DNA of 64,000 nt from Clostridia bacterium (GTDB lineage: Bacteria > Bacillota > Clostridia > CAKSNL01 > HGM11501): contig JAZQAZ010000019.1 of assembly GCA_045545475.1 (NCBI GenBank), forward strand, positions 12,169 through 76,168, written 5' to 3'. The stretch's first letter is position 1; the number at the start of each line of letters is the position of its first letter. This document shows, piece by piece, positions 1 to 9,612 of the stretch. The position numbers were made by a program, and so were the translations under genes. The notes under the pieces were generated by a model. The model was not told where the DNA came from. It did not search any database and was given only the letters and a program-made list of their open reading frames with translations.

Positions 1-64
1 TTAATAAGCTATCAGAAAAGCTTTATAAAAGGAGATAATAGGTGTCAGGTTTTATGAAAAAATA

Positions 65-93
65 TTTACATTTGAAGTAATATGCTGTATAAT
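65..93 (+). promoter_or_regulatory. sigma-A promoter of cassette A1-B1
   Basis: TTTACA-17 bp-TATAAT upstream of RBS AAAGGAGG and GTG at 121. Confidence 0.65.
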
Positions 94-120
94 ACCTTTA
101 TCAATAAAGGAGGAGTTAAT

Positions 121-2880
121 GTGAAAAAAATACTTGCATTAATGCTTTCGGCTATGCTGTGTCTGGCGTTTTTCACGGTTGCCGAAGCGAAAGAGGTTAA
201 AACCTTTATTCCTGCGGATATAAACGAAGGAAGGGAAAATATCACAGAATCTGGAGATAAAACTTCCGGTGAATATTTTTCCGTGAAGGAAGGTATGACT
301 TATTTCGGAATTAAAAATGTTGACCTTACGGGAGTAAAATCCATAAGCGTTGATGCCTTAATCGGTATGAACGGCACAAACAACGGTCAGATTTTAAGAA
401 TTAAGGTAGATGATCCTTATGCAGAGTCCATCGGACATATTGCGCTTAATCAGTATTCTCCCGATAAGAGCGTGACCGTAAGCGGAAATATAAAGGAAGT
501 AAACGGTGTACATAATCTTTATTTTGCAACAACCCTTACAAAAAATACCGGTGACTGGAAAATAAAGAAAATCACCTTGAATGATGAAGAATATAAAACT
601 GAGCCGACCACGCCCGACTCTGCCATAGTTGATTTTTATTCAGACACATGGGTGGCGGTTGACGATTACGGCAGAAAGGTTTCCGACTTTGAAGAAGTGG
701 GCCCCGTAAAAGAAGGGGAAAGAGATGTGGCTATGTTTTACTGGAACTGGCACGTGGGTCTAAATGAAACCGACAATCTCGTAATTCCCGATGTTTACAG
801 AGAATATCCCGAAGCAAAGAACAATATGCTTCATCCTGCCTGGGGATCTATGCACTCAAAGGGATGGTGGGGCGAGCCCATCTACGGCTTTTACTCAAGC
901 TATGACTATTTTGTATACCGTAAGCAGGCAGAGCTTTTTGACCTTGCCGGTGTGGATGTTCTCTTCTTTGACTACACCAACGGAACAAACTGCTTTATCC
1001 GTCCTTTAATCTGTATGATTGAAGCTTTTGACGATGCAAAGGCAGCAGGCGTAAATGTTCCGAAGCTTTCTGCTTTTTGTGCTATGAGCAATACAAACAC
1101 CACCACCTATGATCAGGTTATGGCAATATACTATAACATAATACTTGATGAAAGATATAATGACTTCTGGTATTACAAAGACGGTCTTCCATATCTTGTA
1201 GCATATGAGCCTACTAATGTTACTCACGGAGATGTTAACTACAAAGATAAAGATACCGTGAAAATGATAAATGAGATTGCAGGCAAGTTCAATTTAAGGC
1301 ATTGCGGAAGGCGTGATAAGTCAACCGGAAATGATGCCCTTGTTCATTGGCTCGATAACTACCCTCAGCCCGTAAGAGGATTTAAGATGACAGATGGCAG
1401 AAACGAATGGATGGCTGTCGGTATGGCGGTAAACGAATCCTATGTTGACCACGGTGCAAAAACAGGCGTATTCTCTGATCCTTATTCCAAGGGCAAAGGT
1501 TATTCTGAGGCATTCGGCGAAGATTATTCTGCAGACTGTGCAAGAAAGCCTTACTTCTTCCGTGAGCAGGCAGCCCTTTCACTTGAGGCTGATCCTCACA
1601 TTATGTTTGTTGACGGCTGGAATGAATGGAATACTGTTAAGTATACGGAATATTCGGGCTATAAAAATGCCTTCGTTGACCTTTGCGATGAAGAGGGCAG
1701 CCGTGACTTTGAGCCTTCGAGAAGCTATATAAAGGACGACTATTTCAATCTTTTGGTTGACTTTACAAGAAAGTACAAGGGCGTTCGTCCCGCACCCGTT
1801 GCATCGGCTGAAAAGACAATTGATATAGAAGGCGATGCAAAAGTATGGAGCGATGTGGCACCCGAATTCTTAAACTACAACGGGGAATACACCCGTGACG
1901 AAATCGGTTTCCTTGATAAGGAAACGGGCAAGAGTCTTCACTATACATCAACCACCTACAATTCTGTTGTTAAATCTAAGGTTGCAAGAGACAAGGATAA
2001 CTTCTATTTCTATGCTGAAACCGCAGAAGATTTAGTTGAATCTCCCGCCTGGATGCATCTATATATCAATGCCGACAGAAACATTGCAACAGGCTGGATA
2101 GGCTATGATTATGCGGTAAACGTAAACGGCAAAGGTGTTGTTTCAAAGTACGAAAATGGTACCTGGATAAATATAGGCACAGCATCGCTTAACGAATCGG
2201 GCAGAATTTTACAGCTTTCCTTTGCAAGAAGCTTAATCGGCGAAACAGGCATCGTTGATATTGAATTTAAGTGGACAGACAACTTTACAGGCACGGATTA
2301 TCTTGATTTTTATGACAAGGCATCCGTCGCACCCGCAGGAAAGTTTAACTATCTCTATACAGAAATTCAGCAGACCGCTTTGACGGCCGATGAGCGAAAA
2401 GCTCTTTATGAAACCACAATCGTTAAAGCCGGAAGCAATAAGATGATAATTGACGGCGGTAAAGTGGGAGTTTTTGAGGCTGATACAAGAATTACACCTT
2501 TTGAAGCAAACGGCACAGTTTACGTTCCTTTTATGACCTATGAGGATATACTGGGCTATGGGTATGCAAAGGTTGAATATGATTCTGAGGATAATATCCT
2601 CTATATGGCACGCCACGACCTTTCCGAGGACAAGAGGGAGATTACAAACTATCAGTGGACGTATAATGAGATTGGTACGCTTGCTGCCAGAATTAACGGA
2701 AGAGAAGTTTCACTCAGCAAGCCGGTAATGGTTGTAGACGGTCTTATTTATGTACCGCTTACTTATGTGAGTGATACTTTCGGATGGAACATAAAGAGCT
2801 TCGGAAACGGAGTATATGCACTGTCAAGAAATGCGATAGACGATAATCTTATATTAAGCGTTGTATCGCATATTGAATAA
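121..2880 (+). CDS. Cassette gene A1: secreted CBM6-like + GH99-like glycoside hydrolase + CBM9/DOMON-like + copper-amine-oxidase-N (stalk) domain
   Basis: Start GTG 121 after AAAGGAGG; signal peptide MKKILALML..AEA; CBM6-like FGIKNVDLTG..GVHNLYF; barrel motifs FYWNWH, WGEPIYGFY, AGVDVLFFD, DGWNEW; C-terminal NGTVYVP..DGLIYVPLTYVSDTFGW. Confidence 0.7.
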   Translation: MKKILALMLSAMLCLAFFTVAEAKEVKTFIPADINEGRENITESGDKTSGEYFSVKEGMTYFGIKNVDLTGVKSISVDALIGMNGTNNGQILRIKVDDPYAESIGHIALNQYSPDKSVTVSGNIKEVNGVHNLYFATTLTKNTGDWKIKKITLNDEEYKTEPTTPDSAIVDFYSDTWVAVDDYGRKVSDFEEVGPVKEGERDVAMFYWNWHVGLNETDNLVIPDVYREYPEAKNNMLHPAWGSMHSKGWWGEPIYGFYSSYDYFVYRKQAELFDLAGVDVLFFDYTNGTNCFIRPLICMIEAFDDAKAAGVNVPKLSAFCAMSNTNTTTYDQVMAIYYNIILDERYNDFWYYKDGLPYLVAYEPTNVTHGDVNYKDKDTVKMINEIAGKFNLRHCGRRDKSTGNDALVHWLDNYPQPVRGFKMTDGRNEWMAVGMAVNESYVDHGAKTGVFSDPYSKGKGYSEAFGEDYSADCARKPYFFREQAALSLEADPHIMFVDGWNEWNTVKYTEYSGYKNAFVDLCDEEGSRDFEPSRSYIKDDYFNLLVDFTRKYKGVRPAPVASAEKTIDIEGDAKVWSDVAPEFLNYNGEYTRDEIGFLDKETGKSLHYTSTTYNSVVKSKVARDKDNFYFYAETAEDLVESPAWMHLYINADRNIATGWIGYDYAVNVNGKGVVSKYENGTWINIGTASLNESGRILQLSFARSLIGETGIVDIEFKWTDNFTGTDYLDFYDKASVAPAGKFNYLYTEIQQTALTADERKALYETTIVKAGSNKMIIDGGKVGVFEADTRITPFEANGTVYVPFMTYEDILGYGYAKVEYDSEDNILYMARHDLSEDKREITNYQWTYNEIGTLAARINGREVSLSKPVMVVDGLIYVPLTYVSDTFGWNIKSFGNGVYALSRNAIDDNLILSVVSHIE

Positions 2881-2892
2881 GGAGGTTTTGGT

Positions 2893-5361
2893 ATGAAAAA
2901 AATATTTGCACTTATTTTAAGCATCGTACTTATGATATCCTCTTTATACATCTGTGTAAATGCAAAGGTTACGGAAGTTCCGGTTGAAAACTTAAAGGAA
3001 TCTGAAGCACTTCCTGCAAGAAGCACTTGGACTATTACGGCATCAAACTCATGGAAATGGGGGCCTGCCGAGAAAATGCTTGACGGCGATATAAAGACAA
3101 TGTGGCATTCATATTATAAGGAACAGGACGGAAAGGCAGTCGATAAAGCACCTGCACCTTATTATATTGATATCGAACTTCCCAAAAAAGCAGAAATAAC
3201 CGGCTTTGTATATGCACCCAGGCAGGATATTGATTCGGGCTATGTGTTTAACTGGGAAGCTTATTCCGTTTCAGATGACGGGAAAGAAGAATTGCTTGCA
3301 ACAGGTGAATTTGCCAGAAACAAAAATGCAAAGGTTGCATCATGGCAGGGCAAGGAAACCAAGAAAATCCGCATTGTGTTTACAAAGACTACAGGTGTAG
3401 GTACCTGTGCAGAGCTTTACCTTTTAGGCAAAGGGGAGGATGCATCGCTTTTCGCATCATCCGGCAATGCTACTGCTGATGAAAAAGAAAGCGTTGACGC
3501 TTCCCTTGAATCCAAGGTTCTCCCCGAAAGAAGCACCTGGACCATTACCTCATCAAGCTCATTGTCCTGGGCAGGACCTGAAAGAATGCTTGACGGAAAC
3601 GTGAAAACCTATTGGCATTCTTACTATAAGGAGCAGGACGGAAAGGCTGTTGATAAAGCACCCGCACCTTATTATATAGATATTGAACTTCCTGAAGAAA
3701 GCGTTGTAAAAGGCTTTACCTATGTGCCGAGAATTGATAATAATTCAGGTTATGTATTTAACTGGGAAGCATATGCTGTTTCAGATGACGGAACGGAAAC
3801 AAGACTTGGTGCAGGCACCTTCGCCAATGATGCAAACCCCAAAAGTGCAATCTGGAACGAAGTGAGCCTTAAAAAAATTCGCATAGTGTTTACTAAAACC
3901 ACAGGCGTTGGTACCTGTGCAGAGCTTTACTTAATCGGTAAAGGCGAAAGCGGAGTAAAGGCTCCTGCAACCGAAAAAAAGGAAGAGGTCAAAGATTCAA
4001 ATGTAAACGACAAAGGCTGGATTGTAACGGCATCATCTGAAAAGAACTGGGCCCCCGGCATAAGAGCATTTGACGGCAAAATGAATACCTACTGGCATAC
4101 AGATTACGAGGAGGAAGGCGGCAAAGTAATAAGCCACGATATGCCTCCTCACGATCTTAAGGTGACCTTCCCCGAAAAGAAGGTTATCAGCGGATTTACC
4201 ATTTATCCGAGAGAAGGGGCAACTTCTCAGGCGGGACTTGTAGAAAAGATTAACTTCTATGTATCCGATTCTGACGAAGGGGAATATTATCTTCTTTGCA
4301 CAGAGGAGTTTAATGCAACAACAACGGCAAAGGTTGTTGACTTTGCCTGCAGTATAGAAGTAAAAAGAATTTGGGTTGAAATAACAACAAGCTTTGGCGG
4401 CTATGCTGTTATTGCGGAAATGGAATTTTCAGAGCCGGGAGAAGATACGAAAATTGTTTCTTATGAGGATTTTGCTGCCACAAGAGATGAAAACCGTCTC
4501 TATAAGATTGATTCCTCGGGATTTACGGTAACGGATCCTGATAATACGCCTACATGGTCAGGAAACCCCGGAACACTTGTGGACGGAACAGAGAGAGGAT
4601 TCTGGCAGACAGAAAAGCTTGCACCGGGAACAGTGATATTTATCAATATGGATTTAGGCGAGGTTAAGGAATTTACACATATGTCAATTATTCCCAGACC
4701 TTCTGACGATTATCACGGCTATTGGGAAAAGTTTAATGTTTATGTGTCGGAGGACGGCGTTGACTATAAAGAGCTTTTATACGATTATTCCTTTGAAGAG
4801 GAAGAAAAGGATATATCCGAAAAATTCATTTTCTTTGAGGAAGGCGTAAAGGCGAGATATGTGGAGTTTGAAATAACGGAATATTTCAACGCCCGTGTAA
4901 GCTGTGCCGAAATAAGCTTCTGGCAGAACAAGGAAATGCACGATAAAACTTCCGATTCAGGTAAATATGTACTTAAAATAGGCTCTCCCGAAATTGAAAT
5001 CACAAAGGGAGGAAAGACCTATATCAAAACAATGGATGTTGCACCTTTCATAACTGCAAAAGGACAGACAATGATACCCTTGCGTGGACTTGTCGAAGAA
5101 ATGGGTATGGAGATAGAATGGATTGCTGAGACCCAGGAAATCATTCTTTCCAAAGGGATAAGAAAAATTAATCTTCAGATCAGAAACAAACTTGTAAAGG
5201 TGGAGGGTACGCCATACGGTGATGTGGTATACACTCTTTATTCTCCTCCGAAAATCAAGGATTCAAGAACCTTTGTGCCGGTAAGATTCTTATCCGAGCA
5301 GATGGGCTATACCGTAAATTGGGACGGCGAAAGCCAGACTGTAACAATTGAAAAAGAATAA
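2893..5361 (+). CDS. Cassette gene B1: secreted protein with 4 F5/8 type C (discoidin/CBM32-like) modules + stalk domain
   Basis: Signal peptide; four repeats of W..TAS..DG...T.WH/QS/T..PR; C-terminal APFI..TMIPLRGLVEEMG..RTFVPVRFLSEQMGYTVNWD. Confidence 0.8.
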   Translation: MKKIFALILSIVLMISSLYICVNAKVTEVPVENLKESEALPARSTWTITASNSWKWGPAEKMLDGDIKTMWHSYYKEQDGKAVDKAPAPYYIDIELPKKAEITGFVYAPRQDIDSGYVFNWEAYSVSDDGKEELLATGEFARNKNAKVASWQGKETKKIRIVFTKTTGVGTCAELYLLGKGEDASLFASSGNATADEKESVDASLESKVLPERSTWTITSSSSLSWAGPERMLDGNVKTYWHSYYKEQDGKAVDKAPAPYYIDIELPEESVVKGFTYVPRIDNNSGYVFNWEAYAVSDDGTETRLGAGTFANDANPKSAIWNEVSLKKIRIVFTKTTGVGTCAELYLIGKGESGVKAPATEKKEEVKDSNVNDKGWIVTASSEKNWAPGIRAFDGKMNTYWHTDYEEEGGKVISHDMPPHDLKVTFPEKKVISGFTIYPREGATSQAGLVEKINFYVSDSDEGEYYLLCTEEFNATTTAKVVDFACSIEVKRIWVEITTSFGGYAVIAEMEFSEPGEDTKIVSYEDFAATRDENRLYKIDSSGFTVTDPDNTPTWSGNPGTLVDGTERGFWQTEKLAPGTVIFINMDLGEVKEFTHMSIIPRPSDDYHGYWEKFNVYVSEDGVDYKELLYDYSFEEEEKDISEKFIFFEEGVKARYVEFEITEYFNARVSCAEISFWQNKEMHDKTSDSGKYVLKIGSPEIEITKGGKTYIKTMDVAPFITAKGQTMIPLRGLVEEMGMEIEWIAETQEIILSKGIRKINLQIRNKLVKVEGTPYGDVVYTLYSPPKIKDSRTFVPVRFLSEQMGYTVNWDGESQTVTIEKE

Positions 5362-5395
5362 AATAAACCCGCAGACAAAAGTCTGCGGGTTTATT
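5362..5395. terminator. Bidirectional intrinsic terminator
   Basis: AATAAACCCGCAGAC-AAAA-GTCTGCGGGTTTATT perfect stem between convergent genes. Confidence 0.85.
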
Positions 5396-5396
5396 A

Positions 5397-6149
5397 CTAT
5401 CTGTGTTTGTAAAGCTTCGAAGGAGGAACACCGTATTCTTTTTTTACCACACGGCTGAAATAATTGGCGTCGGTAAAGCCTGACATAAGCGCGACTTCAC
5501 TTATAGAGTGGTTTCCCGACAACAATAATTGTTCTGCAAATTTAAGCCTCTCCGAGATTAAAAATTCCGTGGGCGAACAGCCTGTTTTTTCAGCAAACAG
5601 TCGCCTGAAATAGGTTCCGCTTATGCCGGAGGCGGCAATTACGCTGTCAATGGATAAATCCGGGTTTTTAAAATTTTCCTTGATGTATAAAAATGACTTT
5701 TCAAATAAATCTTCGCCTTTACTTTTATTAGATGAGAAAGACCTGTCCATAAGTGCTTTCATTATATCACAAAACAGAGAAAGGGAATTAATAGCATAGC
5801 CTGCTTCTTTTTTATCCCATACGGCAGAAATCTTTTTGAAAATTTCTTTTGTATCTCGGGCATTCGGGAAGTTTTCGGGCAAAGCTATTATGTCAGAATA
5901 AAAGTTTATGTATAAAATTTCGTTGTATGAATGGTATTTGGCAAAGTAAGGGGTATCTTTGGGCATAAAAAACACATCTCCGGCATTGCTGTCAAGGGAA
6001 AAACCGTCTCCCGTCATACTTCCGCTTCCTTTAAGGCGGTATACAAGAGCGTTATAGCCCCTTGGTGCAACATTTGCTTCGTGGGCATTCCAGCGAAGTG
6101 AGCCCGCATGTGTTATTTTTATACTCATGTTTTTGTTTAAGATTGACAT
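5397..6149 (-). CDS. AraC-family transcriptional regulator
   Basis: C-terminal ISGTYFRRLF..G.SPTEFL..RL..A..LL..SISEVALMSGFTDANYFSRVVKKEYGVPPS; ATG at 6149 after GGTGA is the likely start. Confidence 0.9.
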   Translation of the reverse strand: MSILNKNMSIKITHAGSLRWNAHEANVAPRGYNALVYRLKGSGSMTGDGFSLDSNAGDVFFMPKDTPYFAKYHSYNEILYINFYSDIIALPENFPNARDTKEIFKKISAVWDKKEAGYAINSLSLFCDIMKALMDRSFSSNKSKGEDLFEKSFLYIKENFKNPDLSIDSVIAASGISGTYFRRLFAEKTGCSPTEFLISERLKFAEQLLLSGNHSISEVALMSGFTDANYFSRVVKKEYGVPPSKLYKHR

Positions 6150-6194
6150 TTTTATCACCAGTTACATTATAGCAGTAAAGAAAACAAAAATCAA

Positions 6195-6259
6195 GTGTTG
6201 AAAAGTCCTGATTTGTGTTGAAATGTCTTCTTGAAACGTTATTAAAGCCGTGGTATCCT
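6195..6259 (+). promoter_or_regulatory. Direct-repeat activator site plus promoter for the GH20 gene
   Basis: GTGTTGAAAAGTCCT (6195) / GTGTTGAAATGTCTT (6215), 20-bp period, directly upstream of TTGAAA-17-TATCCT; divergent from the AraC gene. Confidence 0.55.
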
Positions 6260-6280
6260 TGAATAGAAGGAGTGATTTAT

Positions 6281-7603
6281 ATGAGTTTTGTTTTAGACGA
6301 AAAAATGTTATTTTCGTTCCCCGAAAAGGCAAATAATGAAGCTTTGATGGAAATCTTCGGGAATTTCACACACGGAAAGTTTAAGAATGTGAAGTTCTCA
6401 TCGGAAGAAAATGTTATTGTTATTGGCGAAGGTGAAGCTGCTGACATCGCTGACGCAGAAAATGTAATCAATGCTACGGATAAAGGCGTTTACATCAAGG
6501 GTACAAACTATACAAATTTAGTACACGGATTTTTCCTTTTCCTTGAAGGGCTTTCCTATGACAGAAAGAGCGATTCCTATTCCTTTAAGCAAGGCACTTT
6601 CAGAAGAAGCGGAGAAGTTTCCTTCAGAAGCATCCATTTTTGCATATTTCCTGAGACGGAGCTTAAATTTTTGAGAAAAAGCATCCGTACTGCGGCTCTT
6701 TCTAAATTCACTCACGTAGTGCTTGAATTCTGGGGGATGATTAAATTTGATTGCCTTAAAGAGCTTGCCTGGCCGATGGCTTATGAAAAAGATGAAATAC
6801 GTGCCATAGTTGCAGAGGCAAATGCCCTTGGGCTTGAAGTAATTCCTATGTTTAACCACCTTGCACACGCATCAGGATGTCGTGAAGCAAACGGTAAGCA
6901 CGTAGTACTCGATCAGAACCTTTCCCTTGACTATATGTTTAACTGCTACGGCTGGAGCTGGAACTTCAAAAATGACGAGGTATTGTCGCTTTTGAGAAAG
7001 GTGAGAGCAGAGCTTATTGATGTCTGCGGAGAAGGAAAATATTTCCACATTGGCTGTGATGAAGAGTACATCTGCGTTCACGACATTGAAAAAATGGACG
7101 AGGTTATTGATTATATGAACGGCCTTTCCGATGAACTTAAAAAAGTGGGAAGACGAGCTATAATGTGGTGCGACATACTTTGTCCCAATGTCGGTGAGTT
7201 TTATGAATATGCCCAGAAAAAACTTTCAAAGGACATTCTTATTGTATACTACGATTATACCAGATCGTTGGTTGATTCTTTTAAGAGAATAGATATGTTC
7301 GCTGAATCTGGATTCGACTTTATAACAGGTCCCTGGGAGGGAAGGGAAAATGTAAAAGCGGCATCGGACAAAGCGAAGGAATATAAGCTTCCGGGCGTTA
7401 TGATGACAACCTGGCATTCGCTTTTCAGAAACTTCGGCGAAATCGTTTATATGGGAGAAGAATCTTATGGGGGTTATCCCGATTTGCCCGTGCAAATAAG
7501 ACGTTTCCATCAGGCTGAAGTGGCAAGGCGTGCCTTTTTCTCTGATGATGATTATAAAATAGCGGGTTGGTCCGAAAAGATGACAGGCCCCGGTCTTATG
7601 TAA
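6281..7603 (+). CDS. Glycoside hydrolase family 20-like (beta-N-acetylhexosaminidase-like), cytoplasmic
   Basis: EVIPMFNHLAH and FHIGCDE catalytic motif; no signal peptide; RBS AGGAGTGA before ATG 6281. Confidence 0.8.
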   Translation: MSFVLDEKMLFSFPEKANNEALMEIFGNFTHGKFKNVKFSSEENVIVIGEGEAADIADAENVINATDKGVYIKGTNYTNLVHGFFLFLEGLSYDRKSDSYSFKQGTFRRSGEVSFRSIHFCIFPETELKFLRKSIRTAALSKFTHVVLEFWGMIKFDCLKELAWPMAYEKDEIRAIVAEANALGLEVIPMFNHLAHASGCREANGKHVVLDQNLSLDYMFNCYGWSWNFKNDEVLSLLRKVRAELIDVCGEGKYFHIGCDEEYICVHDIEKMDEVIDYMNGLSDELKKVGRRAIMWCDILCPNVGEFYEYAQKKLSKDILIVYYDYTRSLVDSFKRIDMFAESGFDFITGPWEGRENVKAASDKAKEYKLPGVMMTTWHSLFRNFGEIVYMGEESYGGYPDLPVQIRRFHQAEVARRAFFSDDDYKIAGWSEKMTGPGLM

Positions 7604-7642
7604 TTGAGGAAAAATAAAAGTATTCCGAAGCAGTTCAATTTA

Positions 7643-7671
7643 TTGACAGTTTCAGTCCTTTGTGGTATATT
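7643..7671 (+). promoter_or_regulatory. sigma-A promoter
   Basis: TTGACA-17-TATATT with TG extension. Confidence 0.6.
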
Positions 7672-7705
7672 ATTAAGTAAGTAATTTGACTAAAAGAGAA
7701 GGACG

Positions 7706-8641
7706 ATGCATATGGAAAATTTAACTGAGCACAATGGTTATCCTGTGTATTACGGAGACTTTTCTTGCAAGGCAGATAAATGCAGAAATTCCTGCTGTGT
7801 AGGATGGGTGATAAACGTTGATTCCGACACGCTTTCCTTGTATGAAAATTTAGAAGGCGAATATTCGGATATAATCAGGAAAAGCATAAAAACGAAAAAA
7901 GGGAAATCGTTTTTTGATTACGGAAAAGGCGAAAGATGCCCACACCTTAACGAAAATGGACTTTGTAATATAATAACGGAATACTCGGAGACGGCACTTT
8001 GCGAAATTTGCCGCCTTCATCCAAGATTCAGACACTTTTTCACAGGCTATGTTGAAACAGGCCTTGGCCTTTCCTGTGAGGAAGTGGCAAGAATTATTGT
8101 TAATACCGAAGAGCCCTTTCACATAATAACGGATTCCAATTATGATGAAAGCCTTTCAGATGCGGAAAGAAAAATTTTAGGAATGAGGGAGGACGTATTT
8201 GCCATACTTGCTTCCAGAGAACGTAAGCTTTCGGAGAGGCTTAAATATCTTTGCAAGATATTTGAAATAAATATTGAAAAACTCAATCCCAAAAAGTTCA
8301 TGAATAAACTTTTAAGGATTGAAATATTAACCGATGAGTGGAAGAAAACACTTAAAGCGGCAAAGAAAAACGAGTTCAGTTTTGAACTATTGGATTCCGA
8401 AAAACTTGAAATAGCGTATGAGCAACTTTCTGCCTATTTTATTTTCAGACATTTCCCGGCGTGTTTTGAAGATGGAGACATACAGTCAAAAGTTAAGTTT
8501 TCGGTTTTTGCGGTGTTGCTTTTAGCTTTTTTGATGAATGGAAATGAAGATAAAGAAATGCTTTCGGAATACGCAAGAGTTTTTTCCACGGAAATTGAAT
8601 ACTCTGAAGAAAATACATGTAAATTATATAAAAAATTGTGA
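7706..8641 (+). CDS. fliB: FliB-family (flagellin lysine-N-methylase-like) cysteine-cluster protein
   Basis: FSCKADKCRNSCCVGW, CPHLNENGLC, LCEICRLHPRF, LSCEE motifs. Confidence 0.75.
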   Translation: MHMENLTEHNGYPVYYGDFSCKADKCRNSCCVGWVINVDSDTLSLYENLEGEYSDIIRKSIKTKKGKSFFDYGKGERCPHLNENGLCNIITEYSETALCEICRLHPRFRHFFTGYVETGLGLSCEEVARIIVNTEEPFHIITDSNYDESLSDAERKILGMREDVFAILASRERKLSERLKYLCKIFEINIEKLNPKKFMNKLLRIEILTDEWKKTLKAAKKNEFSFELLDSEKLEIAYEQLSAYFIFRHFPACFEDGDIQSKVKFSVFAVLLLAFLMNGNEDKEMLSEYARVFSTEIEYSEENTCKLYKKL

Positions 8642-8654
8642 GGGGGAACTAAGA

Positions 8655-9518
8655 ATGAAAACATCAACAGAAATCAATTCAGCATCAAGAATAGTGGGCG
8701 AGGAAAAGGCGATAGAATTAATCGCAAAAGCAGGCTTTGATGCCTGGGACTTTTCAATGTTCAGTATGGGAGTTTATGATTGGGGAAAGAAAACCTTTAA
8801 TTTTGAAACAGGCCATCCGCTGTCGGGAAATGATTATCTTGCGTTTGCCCGCAAGCTTAAAAAGATAGGCGAGGACAACGGTATTCACTGCAATCAGTCC
8901 CACGCACCGTTTCCGTCGGGAAGCGAGGAAGTTTTTCCTTATCTTTTGCGTGCCATAGAATGTACTGCAGAAGCCGGCGGTGAAATATGCGTAATTCACC
9001 CTGAGAGCTTTTCGACTCCCGAGGAAAACAGAGAAATGTATGCGAAATTACTTGAATTTTCAAAGCCTATGGGTGTAAAGATTGCAACCGAGAACATGTG
9101 GGGCTGGAACAGCGAAAAAAACAGAGCAGATTTTGCGGCTTGTGCAACCCCCGAAAGCTTTGTTGCCCACGTTGATGCTTTGAATGACGATTATATGGTA
9201 GCATGCCTTGATATCGGACACGCCGAAATGATGGATGATACCAATGCCGTAGAGCTTATCAAGGCACTTTCGCACAGACTTAAGTCACTTCATATTCACG
9301 ATAATGATAAGTGGCACGATTCACATCAGATTCCCTTTACTATGCAGATTGATTTCCCACCCATTATAAAGGCTCTTAAAGAAATAAATTATGATGGATA
9401 TTTCACACTTGAATGTGACTCGTATTTGAAGGCGTTTAATACAGAAAATGTTGAAGAAGGTGTTAAAAACTTAAGCGATTCTGTAAAAAAGCTTGCAGTT
9501 ATGTTTGAGGAAATGTAA
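8655..9518 (+). CDS. Sugar phosphate isomerase/epimerase (xylose-isomerase-like TIM barrel)
   Basis: QSHAPF, IATENM, CLDIGH, LHIHDN, TLE motifs; ATG 8655 after GAGGGGG. Confidence 0.85.
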   Translation: MKTSTEINSASRIVGEEKAIELIAKAGFDAWDFSMFSMGVYDWGKKTFNFETGHPLSGNDYLAFARKLKKIGEDNGIHCNQSHAPFPSGSEEVFPYLLRAIECTAEAGGEICVIHPESFSTPEENREMYAKLLEFSKPMGVKIATENMWGWNSEKNRADFAACATPESFVAHVDALNDDYMVACLDIGHAEMMDDTNAVELIKALSHRLKSLHIHDNDKWHDSHQIPFTMQIDFPPIIKALKEINYDGYFTLECDSYLKAFNTENVEEGVKNLSDSVKKLAVMFEEM

Positions 9519-9549
9519 ATTTGTTGCAGAATTTCGCAACCTACATACC

Positions 9550-9578
9550 TTGTCTTATTTTATGAAAAATGATAAAAT
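9550..9578 (+). promoter_or_regulatory. sigma-A promoter of cassette A2-B2
   Basis: TTGTCT-17-TAAAAT with TG extension. Confidence 0.55.
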
Positions 9579-9612
9579 ATTTATACCGACATAAATAAAG
9601 GAGGATAAAAAT

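Noticed and set aside
49-9572. Shared TTTTATGAAAAAT in the A1 and A2 promoter regions
   Set aside because: Low-complexity AT-rich word at different positions relative to the -35/-10 boxes and absent from A3/A4; plausibly chance
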